A model generated the notes under the pieces. That model was not told the DNA's origin. It ran no database searches and saw only the letters and a list, made by a program, of their open reading frames with translations. This document shows positions 36,137 to 43,693 of a stretch of DNA of 43,693 nt, piece by piece. Both the position numbers and the translations under genes were made by a program. Source of the stretch: Thermoleophilia bacterium (GTDB taxonomy: Bacteria; Actinomycetota; Thermoleophilia; Gaiellales; F1-60-MAGs149); the NCBI GenBank assembly GCA_037133215.1, contig JBAXOM010000002.1:1-43693 (forward strand), in the 5' to 3' direction. Numbering within the stretch: the stretch's first letter is position 1; each line of letters begins with the position of its first letter.

Positions 36137-38368
36137 GTGATGACGTCGGGAAAACGCCTGATCATCCCGCCCTGCGCCACGGCGGATTCTCAACGGCTCG
36201 TGGAGTCGGTTGGAATCTCCCGCGTCCTGGCCGACGCCTTGGTCCGGCGAGGTTGGACCGACGCCAGCGCCGTACGCGACTTCTTGGAGTTGGAGGGCTC
36301 GCTCCATGACCCACTATTGCTGGGCGATGCCTCGCTGGCGATCCCGATACTCCAGAACGCCATCACCGAACGGCTCCAGATCGTGGTCCACGGCGACTAC
36401 GACGCCGACGGTGTCTGTGCGACCGCCCTGCTCTGCGAGGGGCTGACCGCGCTCGGGGCGGCGGTGCGACCGTTCATCCCCAGTCGGTTTGACGAGGGCT
36501 ATGGGTTGGCGGTCGAGACGGTCGAGCGTTTGCACGGTGAGGGCGTGCAATTGATTGTGACGGTCGACTGCGGCATCACGGCAGTTGAGGCCGCAGAGCG
36601 CGCTGAGCAACTGGGCGTGACGTTGATCATCACCGACCATCATCGGCAGGCCGATCGTCTGCCGACGTGCCCGATCGTTGCGCCTGCGCTGCGGGATCAG
36701 TATCCCTTCGACGCACTGTGTGGAGCCGGGACGGCCTACAAGCTCCTGGAGGGCCTCGTTACGGCCTGTCAGGCCAACCCGGGAATTCTCGATGGTGTCG
36801 TCGATCTCGTCGCGATCGCGACGATCGCTGACCTCGTGCCCCTGGTCGATGAGAATCGCTCGCTGGCGCGTCGCGGCCTGCGGCGCATTGGTGAGGGCAA
36901 GCGTCTCGGCCTTGATGCGTTACTCAAGGTCGCTAAGGTCGACAAGCGTGTCATCGATGCCGGCGCAATCGGCTTTCGTGTCGGTCCGCGGCTCAATGCG
37001 GCAGGCCGCTTAGAGCACGCCGACGCGGCCCTGCGTCTGATGATGACGCAGGATCCACGTGAGGCCCACGAGCTTGCCGAGCAGCTCGACAGCCTCAACC
37101 GACGGCGGCGGGCAATTGAGGATCGCATCTTGCGTGAGGCAATTGACGTCTACGAGGCCTCTCCGCAATCGCGGCAGGATGCCCTCGGTATCGTGCTCGC
37201 CTCGGATGGCTGGCACGCCGGCGTCGTGGGCATCGTCGCCTCTCGCGTCGTCGAGCGCCTGCGCCGTCCCGTGGTGTTGGTCGCACTTGATGGTGAGCAC
37301 GGCCAAGGTTCGGGACGCAGTATTGAGGCCTTTGATCTCCATGCCGCACTCGCGGTCTGCGATCCGTACCTGGAGCGGTGGGGTGGGCATCGGGCGGCGG
37401 CGGGTGTTTCGCTGCGGACAGACCAGGTCGATGCCTTTGCCGAGGCCTTCGCGGTCCACGCCACGGAAACGCTGCACGGCGCAGATCTTCGCGCCACCGA
37501 ACGGATCGACGCCGTGATCTCGCTGATGGACGTGACGATCGAGGCAGCGACTGATCTCGCACGATTGGATCCTGTGGGGATGGGGAATCCGGCCGTGACC
37601 GTCCTGATTCCCGCTGCCGAACTGACGGGCGTGCGTCGGATCGGGGCAGAGGGCAAACACATTGATATGCGCGTGCGCACCGCGGCCGGCTCGTGCCGCG
37701 CGGTGGCCTGGAGTAGCGGCGATCGCTTCGACGAGTTGTCGAGTGGTGTCCGAATGGATGTGGCAGCCCGTGTTGAGCGCTCTGTCTGGCAGGGTGCCGA
37801 ACGAGTTGAGTTGATTACGCGAACCGTGCAGCCGCTTCCGGCGGACCTCCCCGTGCCGCTCGGACTCTGTCTCACTCCCTGCAATCAGACCTGCCAGTTG
37901 CTTCGGTCGACACCGAGAGAGACGCCACCAGCGCTGGTGGACGGCGTCGCGATCGACGCCATGCGCGACGCGCGCGATGGGGGAGCGATCGCGGAGCTGA
38001 CACGGCTCGCTGCCGCCGGTGGGGGCGTGCTGATTGTTGGGGCAGACGTTGCGCGTCGGCGAAGCATGCTCACGGCGGCGCTCCACCCAGATCGTTTTGG
38101 CCTCAGTGGAGCCCTGCTGTTTTCCTACCTGTGTTCCGACGACGCCATCGCGGAGCGAGCCACGCACCTGCTCACCGGGTCGTGGATTGCGTTGATCGAT
38201 CACGACACGTTGACGGCGTACCCTGAACTCGCCTCACACTTCGTCGATGCGGTGTTGCTCGATCCGCCGCGAGCGGGCTGGCTCGCCCCATCCGGTCCCA
38301 GCTGGGTACGGGTTGACGGTGCAGCAGAACACCGGTTTGCAGCCAGTGTCTACGGCGTTCCTGCCTAG
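36137..38368 (+). CDS. recJ: Single-stranded-DNA-specific exonuclease RecJ (DHH family) with a long C-terminal region
   Basis: 743 aa (GTG 36137 / ATG 36140). DHH motifs VVHGDYDADG, VDCG, ITDHH; DHHA1 GGHRAAAG. Confidence 0.88.
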   Translation: MMTSGKRLIIPPCATADSQRLVESVGISRVLADALVRRGWTDASAVRDFLELEGSLHDPLLLGDASLAIPILQNAITERLQIVVHGDYDADGVCATALLCEGLTALGAAVRPFIPSRFDEGYGLAVETVERLHGEGVQLIVTVDCGITAVEAAERAEQLGVTLIITDHHRQADRLPTCPIVAPALRDQYPFDALCGAGTAYKLLEGLVTACQANPGILDGVVDLVAIATIADLVPLVDENRSLARRGLRRIGEGKRLGLDALLKVAKVDKRVIDAGAIGFRVGPRLNAAGRLEHADAALRLMMTQDPREAHELAEQLDSLNRRRRAIEDRILREAIDVYEASPQSRQDALGIVLASDGWHAGVVGIVASRVVERLRRPVVLVALDGEHGQGSGRSIEAFDLHAALAVCDPYLERWGGHRAAAGVSLRTDQVDAFAEAFAVHATETLHGADLRATERIDAVISLMDVTIEAATDLARLDPVGMGNPAVTVLIPAAELTGVRRIGAEGKHIDMRVRTAAGSCRAVAWSSGDRFDELSSGVRMDVAARVERSVWQGAERVELITRTVQPLPADLPVPLGLCLTPCNQTCQLLRSTPRETPPALVDGVAIDAMRDARDGGAIAELTRLAAAGGGVLIVGADVARRRSMLTAALHPDRFGLSGALLFSYLCSDDAIAERATHLLTGSWIALIDHDTLTAYPELASHFVDAVLLDPPRAGWLAPSGPSWVRVDGAAEHRFAASVYGVPA

Positions 38369-38411
38369 TCATACCAACCGAGAATCGGACTCCGGTACCA
38401 TTCGCAAGGTA

Positions 38412-40607
38412 ATGGCTGTTACCGCACTCGTACCCGCCGCGGAGATTCACCGCGAGCTTTTGGACGAACTGATCGAGGACGTCCACGAGTACGCGCAGGA
38501 TGCCGACACCGAGCGCCTGGCCGCTGCCTTCGAGATGGCCTGCCTTCACCACGATGGCCAGCTGCGGAAGAGTGGCGAGCCGTTCGTGTACCACCCGTGG
38601 GGCGTCGCCAAAATCTGCGCCCAGTTGAGGCAGCCAGAGAACGTGCTGATCGGCGCGCTGTTGCACGACGTGGTCGAAGACACCGAGGCCACGGCCGACG
38701 AGATCGAGCAGCGCTTTGGTCCCGAGGTGCGCGTGCTGGTGGAGGGCGTCACCAAGCTCTCCAAGATCCAGTTTGCGTCGCGCGAAGAGGCAGAGGCCGA
38801 GAACTATCGCAAGATGATCCTGTCGATGGCCGAGGACATCCGGGTGATCGTGATCAAGCTCGCCGATCGCCTGCACAACATGCGCACGTTGTCGTTCCTT
38901 GGCAAGCAGAAGCAACTGCAGAAGGCCAAGGAGACACTCGAGGTCTACGCGCCACTTGCCCATCGCCTCGGTATTCACTCGATCAAGTGGGAGCTCGAAG
39001 ACCTCGCCTTCGCGACGCTCTACCCGCGTAAGTACGCCGAGATCGAATCGATGGTCAACGAGCGTCGTGCTGATCGTGAGCGGTTCGTCTCGGAAGCCGG
39101 TGAGCAGTTGCTCGACCAGTTGCAGGTGGTCGCGATCAAAGCGTCGATCGCCGGCCGCGCCAAGCACTTTTATTCGATTTACGAGAAGATGACGCGGCGC
39201 GGTAAGGAGTTCAACGAGATCTACGACCTCACGGCGATGCGTGTCCTGGTCGATTCGGATCGTGATTGCTACGGCACTATTGGCGTCATTCACGCACTCT
39301 GGAAGCCAATGCCCGGCCGGTTCAAGGATTACATCGCCGTTCCAAAGACGAACGGGTATCAGTCGCTGCACACGACGATCATCGGTCCGCACGGTAAGCC
39401 GCTCGAGATCCAAGTGCGCACGGTCCAGATGCACCAGCGAGCCGAATACGGTGTCGCGGCGCATTGGCTCTACAAAGAGCGAGCCGGCGTCGCCACCCAG
39501 TGGCTGGACGATCTGGTCGCGGTACCGGAGGGCGATCCACAGGGCTACATGGCCGACCTGCGCACGGGACTCGTCGACGACGAGATCTTCGTTTTCACAC
39601 CGAAGGGTGAGTTGAAGGCTCTGGCGGCAGGTGCGACACCACTTGATTTCGCGTACGCCGTCCACACCGACGTTGGGCATCGCTGTGTTGGTGCCAAGGT
39701 CAACGGACGCATTGTCTCGCTGTCGTCAACGCTTACGTCGGGCGACATCGTCGAGGTACTGACGTCGAAGGGGGAGCGCGGACCATCGCGCGACTGGCTC
39801 GGCGTCGTCACCACGACGCGGGCGCGAAACAAGATTCGGGTCTGGTTTGCGCGCGAACAGCGCGAAGATACGGAGCAGAAGGGTCGCGATCTCCTGCAGA
39901 ACGCGCTCAAGCAGAATCGCCTGCCCACGCAACGGATCGCCTCCTCGCCGGTTTTGGCTGGTGTGATGCGCGAGATGGGGTATCACAAGGCGGAGGAGTT
40001 CTACGTCGCGCTCGGGAGCGGCAAGATCACCGTGCCGATCGTGATTCAGAAATTGTTGGCACAGCTCAAGACAGCCGAGGTCGAGACGGAGCCGACACCG
40101 ACGCGTCGCACAGGCGGGCGCAGTCGCGCACTTGCCTCGGACGCCTACGGCATCGTCGTTGACGGCGAGGCCGGGGCAGGCGTGATGGTGCGAATGGCAA
40201 AGTGCTGCACACCCGTGCCGGGCGACGACATCGTTGGCTACATCTCAGTTGGTCGGGGTATCACGATCCATCGCGGTGACTGCCCGAATTCGCGGCAGCT
40301 TGCCCGAACGCCTGAGCGGTTCACGCCGGTCGCCTGGAGTGGTGAGTCGCCAGAGGCGTCGTTCCGCGTTGGCGTAGCGCTCGAGGCGTGGGATCGTCCG
40401 CGACTCCTCGAAGACGTGGGTCGTACGGTGGCAGAGCATGGCTGCAACGTGGTCGAGTACGGCGGCCACGTCAGCGAAGGCATGTCGCGTAACTGGTACG
40501 TGCTCGAGATCGGCGATTTACGCACGCTCAAGACGGTCTTGACGTCGCTGCGCCAGATCGAGTCGGTGGTCGACGCGTTCCGCGTCACTCCCGGCGAGCG
40601 CAGCTAA
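38412..40607 (+). CDS. rel: Bifunctional (p)ppGpp synthetase/hydrolase (RSH long form)
   Basis: 731 aa from MAVTALV. HD domain HPWGVA...LLHDVVEDT; synthetase GRAKHFYSIYEKM...DLTAMRVLV...YQSLHTT; TGS and ACT domains. The ORF-track start at 38247 overlaps recJ. Confidence 0.93.
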   Translation: MAVTALVPAAEIHRELLDELIEDVHEYAQDADTERLAAAFEMACLHHDGQLRKSGEPFVYHPWGVAKICAQLRQPENVLIGALLHDVVEDTEATADEIEQRFGPEVRVLVEGVTKLSKIQFASREEAEAENYRKMILSMAEDIRVIVIKLADRLHNMRTLSFLGKQKQLQKAKETLEVYAPLAHRLGIHSIKWELEDLAFATLYPRKYAEIESMVNERRADRERFVSEAGEQLLDQLQVVAIKASIAGRAKHFYSIYEKMTRRGKEFNEIYDLTAMRVLVDSDRDCYGTIGVIHALWKPMPGRFKDYIAVPKTNGYQSLHTTIIGPHGKPLEIQVRTVQMHQRAEYGVAAHWLYKERAGVATQWLDDLVAVPEGDPQGYMADLRTGLVDDEIFVFTPKGELKALAAGATPLDFAYAVHTDVGHRCVGAKVNGRIVSLSSTLTSGDIVEVLTSKGERGPSRDWLGVVTTTRARNKIRVWFAREQREDTEQKGRDLLQNALKQNRLPTQRIASSPVLAGVMREMGYHKAEEFYVALGSGKITVPIVIQKLLAQLKTAEVETEPTPTRRTGGRSRALASDAYGIVVDGEAGAGVMVRMAKCCTPVPGDDIVGYISVGRGITIHRGDCPNSRQLARTPERFTPVAWSGESPEASFRVGVALEAWDRPRLLEDVGRTVAEHGCNVVEYGGHVSEGMSRNWYVLEIGDLRTLKTVLTSLRQIESVVDAFRVTPGERS

Positions 40608-41780
40608 CTAGGCGCGTGCGCCCGGACCATAAGCGCACGGGTTCTCGAAACCTCGTGCAAAGCGGTCGGGTGCAAGATCGTTGACGTCGATGGTGGGCGT
40701 CTGCCCGGTGACCAGCGAGGCCATCACTCGACCGATGGCAGGCGTCGATTTGAGGCCGTGTCCCGACCAGCCAGCGCAGATCCAAAGATTCTCGGTGCCC
40801 GGTACCTGTCCGACCAACGGGTGCCAGTCGGGCGTCGCGTCGTAGGCGCCGCCCCAACCGCCGACGAGGGGCGCATGAGCGAGCGAAGGGAAGCGCTCTG
40901 CGAGTGGTCCGCGAATGGCATCCTCGTAGCCGTCCAGCAGCGGCAATTGACAATCATCTCGCACGCTGATGATCGGAGTGTCGGCCTGATAGGCGACAAC
41001 CCAGATGTCGCGCCCAGCAGCGGCCCGCACGACGACATTCGATACCGCATCGCTGGTCACGGCAGCCGGCGCAACCTGGCCTGGTGGTAGACGCAAGACG
41101 GCGACTTGGATTCGCACGAGGTTAAACGGCACCTCCCAAATGCCCGCTAGGACCTCAGGAGACCAGCCACCCGTCGCGACGACGACCTGGCCTGCCTCGA
41201 TCCGCTCACCATCCGCAAGTTGTACGCCGGTCGCTCGATCGCCACGAAAGGTGATCTCCGAGACCGGGGCATGTTGGCGCAGTTCGAGACCGCGTCCGAG
41301 CGCGTCGAGCAGCCAGGAGTCGATCATCAGCCGGCTGTCGCAAACGCCACCCGCTGGTTCGTACGCGGCCGCCGCAACACCCTCGATCGACAACAGTGGT
41401 TCTACCTCAGCGATTTCGTCTGGGGCAAGCAGGCGCGTGTCGAGCCCGAAGCCCTGCTGGCGTTCGACGTTGGCCCGGCAGGCATCGACGAGTCGTTCCG
41501 GCACGGGCAACAGGTACCCGGTCGGGACGTACGCGCCACTGCCAACGCCGACCTCCTGATCCCAATGGGCGAGGATTTCGGTGCCAGCCATAGACAACTG
41601 AATCAGCACGGGATTTGTGTAGTGACGGCGCACCATGCCGAACGTCAAGGCAGAGTCGCCACCGCCTGCGTTGCCACGGTCGAGAAGCAGCACGCGGCCT
41701 GCTCCCTGCCGAACCAGAGCATTTGCAGTAGACGCGCCCACCAGGCCGCTACCAATCACGCATACGTCGTACGTTGCCAC
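40608..41780 (-). CDS. FAD-dependent oxidoreductase (DAO family; sarcosine/glycine-oxidase-like)
   Basis: 390 aa. MATYDVCVIGSGLVGASTANAL dinucleotide fold; GGWSGHGLK-like C-terminal motif (CAGWSGHGLKSTPAIG). Confidence 0.85.
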   Translation of the reverse strand: MATYDVCVIGSGLVGASTANALVRQGAGRVLLLDRGNAGGGDSALTFGMVRRHYTNPVLIQLSMAGTEILAHWDQEVGVGSGAYVPTGYLLPVPERLVDACRANVERQQGFGLDTRLLAPDEIAEVEPLLSIEGVAAAAYEPAGGVCDSRLMIDSWLLDALGRGLELRQHAPVSEITFRGDRATGVQLADGERIEAGQVVVATGGWSPEVLAGIWEVPFNLVRIQVAVLRLPPGQVAPAAVTSDAVSNVVVRAAAGRDIWVVAYQADTPIISVRDDCQLPLLDGYEDAIRGPLAERFPSLAHAPLVGGWGGAYDATPDWHPLVGQVPGTENLWICAGWSGHGLKSTPAIGRVMASLVTGQTPTIDVNDLAPDRFARGFENPCAYGPGARA

Positions 41781-41866
41781 CAGCGGAATCTATCACCGAT
41801 GGTGCCCTATTCACATGTGGCGGGCCCGTGCGGTACCGTGGAGCCATCACTCCAGGAGAACACCCG

Positions 41867-42367
41867 ATGTCTGAGATTCTTGACGGCGAAAAATTGATCT
41901 GGCAAGGACGCCCGACCTGGAAATGGTCGATCTCGTTCCTGCTTAAGTGGGGACTGGTCGGTGTGCTTCCACTAATTGTTGGCGTATTGCTCAACAAGAT
42001 CGTTGACGTGCCCGTCTCGTGGTTCTTCGCGGTGACGGTGATCTTCATTGCTGTCGTTGTGGTGCTCGCATGGATCAAGCGCCTCGACAGCCACTACACC
42101 GTCACGGACCGGCGTGTGCTCGTTCGACGCGGGATTGCGAATCGCAACGAACGCAGTGCCAGCATCGACCGCATTCAGAACATCAACACCAAACAGGGCC
42201 TCTACGGACGCGTCCTCAATTTCGGTGACATTGAGTTCGATACGGCGGGCTCGGATACGAGCGACTCGGATCTCGCGTTGCGGGGAATTAGCGACCCGCA
42301 CAAGATGCGAGACACGTTCGATCGCGAGTTGCTCCAGCGCGGCGGGTCGAGCTCCGGCGGCGTCTAG
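41867..42367 (+). CDS. Membrane-anchored bacterial PH-domain protein (bPH_2 / YdbS-YdbT-like)
   Basis: 166 aa from MSEILDGEKLIWQGRP. Two TM helices, then YTVTDRRVLVRRGI.....SASIDRIQNINTKQGLYGRVLNFGDIEFDT. Confidence 0.75.
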   Translation: MSEILDGEKLIWQGRPTWKWSISFLLKWGLVGVLPLIVGVLLNKIVDVPVSWFFAVTVIFIAVVVVLAWIKRLDSHYTVTDRRVLVRRGIANRNERSASIDRIQNINTKQGLYGRVLNFGDIEFDTAGSDTSDSDLALRGISDPHKMRDTFDRELLQRGGSSSGGV

Positions 42368-42371
42368 AGCC

Positions 42372-42722
42372 TTATGGCTCCCAGTCTTCGCCGCCGATAT
42401 CCCAGCCGACGAGGCAAAAGGCGCTCACCAAATTGGCGACCTGCTGCCACGTCTCGATCGCTGAGGTCTCGAGAGTCGCTGGCGTGACGAGCACTGCGAC
42501 CAGTTCGCCGTCGTAGCGGACCTCAACTTCGGTCGCCACGGGGCCGGCTTCGCCTGCCCACGGCCCATCAGAGAATGAGCCCTCTTCGATAAAGCGGATG
42601 CCAACACCTGTCTCGTAGTGCGAGCTGAGCGCAGCGATCGTACCGAGCAGAATCTGGTCGGCCTCTTCTGAGCGCTCGAGAATCTGCTCGATCGCGGCGA
42701 CGACTGCGGTCCCGTCGGTCAC
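42372..42722 (-). CDS. Hypothetical small acidic protein (possible mini GAF-like fold)
   Basis: 116-aa ORF whose ATG overlaps the stop of the upstream phosphomannomutase gene by 4 nt. Codon usage resembles its neighbours. No motif recognised with confidence. Confidence 0.5.
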   Translation of the reverse strand: MTDGTAVVAAIEQILERSEEADQILLGTIAALSSHYETGVGIRFIEEGSFSDGPWAGEAGPVATEVEVRYDGELVAVLVTPATLETSAIETWQQVANLVSAFCLVGWDIGGEDWEP

Positions 42723-43693
42723 GAGCGGATGACTCCCAGCACCTCGTCGCGACGACTCTCCATCTCTGCCTCGGTGGTGGCTTCGAGGTTGAGGCGCAAC
42801 AGAGGCTCGGTGTTTGATGGGCGAACGTTGAAGCGCCAGGTCTCATGGTCGATCGAGATGCCGTCGAGGTGGGTGACCGTAGCGCCCGGGCCGTAGCGGT
42901 CCTTGAGCTCTTGCACCTTGAGGGCGACGTCCGGCACGGGGGAGTTGATCTCGCCGGTAATGAAGTACCGCTCCCGTAATGGGCGCAGCAGTTCGACCAA
43001 CGTCGTGCCGCTGCGCGAGACGAGTTGGAGCACGAACAGCGCCGGCAGGATGCCCGTGTCAACACCGTAGAACTCGCGGAAGTAGTAGTGGCCGGATACC
43101 TCGCCGGCGAAGGTGCCGCCGGATTCCTTGATTGCGACCTTGATGAAGGCGTGGCCCACGCGCGAGACCTGTGAGGTCCCACCGCAGCGCGCAACGGTGT
43201 CGGGCACGGCGAGCGAGGCACGCACGTCGTAGAGAATCGTTGCGCCGGGATGGTGCTTGAGTACTTCTTCGGCGAGAAGGGCTGTGATGAAGTCGCCGGG
43301 GACAAATTCGCCCTCTTCGTCAATAAAGAAGCAGCGGTCTGCGTCACCGTCCCACGCGATGCCGATGGAGCCGGGGTGCTCAAGCACCTTGCCAATCACA
43401 AACTGGCGATTCTCCTCGAGCAGCGGATTTGGTTGGTGATCGGGAAAGGCGCCGTCGGGCGTGAGGAAATACTCGTGCGCGACGATCGGCAGCTGCTTGA
43501 GGATCGGGCCGAGCATGGTTCCTGCCATACCGCTGCCGCCGTCGAGCACAACGCTGAGTGGTCGCAGAGCGGGAACGTCGATGAGACCCAGCATCTTCTC
43601 GGTATAACCGGGTAGGACATCGAGCGGGGTTGCGATGCCCGGGGTGGCCACCGGGGGAAGCTCTGTTGAACCAGTGGCCATCTTCTTGACCTC
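42719..43693 (-). CDS. Phosphomannomutase/phosphoglucomutase (alpha-D-phosphohexomutase); the N-terminal catalytic-Ser domain lies beyond the window
   Basis: Frame is open to the window edge (EVKKMATGS...). Mg loop WDGDADRCFF, sugar-binding GEVSGHYYF, phosphate-binding RPSNTEPLLRLN. Confidence 0.88.
   Translation of the reverse strand, partial: EVKKMATGSTELPPVATPGIATPLDVLPGYTEKMLGLIDVPALRPLSVVLDGGSGMAGTMLGPILKQLPIVAHEYFLTPDGAFPDHQPNPLLEENRQFVIGKVLEHPGSIGIAWDGDADRCFFIDEEGEFVPGDFITALLAEEVLKHHPGATILYDVRASLAVPDTVARCGGTSQVSRVGHAFIKVAIKESGGTFAGEVSGHYYFREFYGVDTGILPALFVLQLVSRSGTTLVELLRPLRERYFITGEINSPVPDVALKVQELKDRYGPGATVTHLDGISIDHETWRFNVRPSNTEPLLRLNLEATTEAEMESRRDEVLGVIRS

Noticed and set aside
38172-39680. 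502-aa minus-strand ORF
   Set aside because: Antisense to rel (HD and synthetase motifs present on the plus strand).

Overview
High-GC, very gene-dense chromosomal window with almost no intergenic DNA. I saw no IS elements, integrases or CRISPR arrays. The right 60% (about 21.3-43.7 kb) is housekeeping: metY-metX-metW behind a SAM-I riboswitch, then pdxS-pdxT-yebC, a nucleoside hydrolase, ruvCAB, queA-tgt, yajC-secDF, recJ, rel and a phosphomannomutase. The order pdxS/pdxT/yebC...ruvCAB...yajC-secD/F...rel is the classic Actinomycetota arrangement. The extra queA-tgt-recJ and the fused secDF suggest a deep-branching member, but this is inference only.

The left 40% is accessory metabolism and holds the interesting content:
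1. A minus-strand operon of malyl-CoA lyase, PEP carboxylase, an AGXT-type glyoxylate aminotransferase and a family III CoA-transferase. The CoA-transferase runs off the window edge and is absent from the ORF track. A LysR regulator is divergent from this operon.
2. An 8-gene translationally coupled minus-strand operon with no microcompartment genes. It encodes a fused alpha-beta B12 diol/glycerol dehydratase, the gamma subunit, reactivase DdrA/DdrB, two classical SDRs, one catalytically degenerate SDR, and an epoxide-hydrolase-like alpha/beta hydrolase.
3. An orphan class-II-type phosphoribulokinase, with no RuBisCO in the window.
4. A tRNA(CAT).
5. A Tat-signal flavin amine oxidase that appears to be circularly permuted, convergent with a canonical paralog.
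6. A stand-alone patatin-like lipase.

All calls come from reading the translations and motifs by eye. No database search was run.
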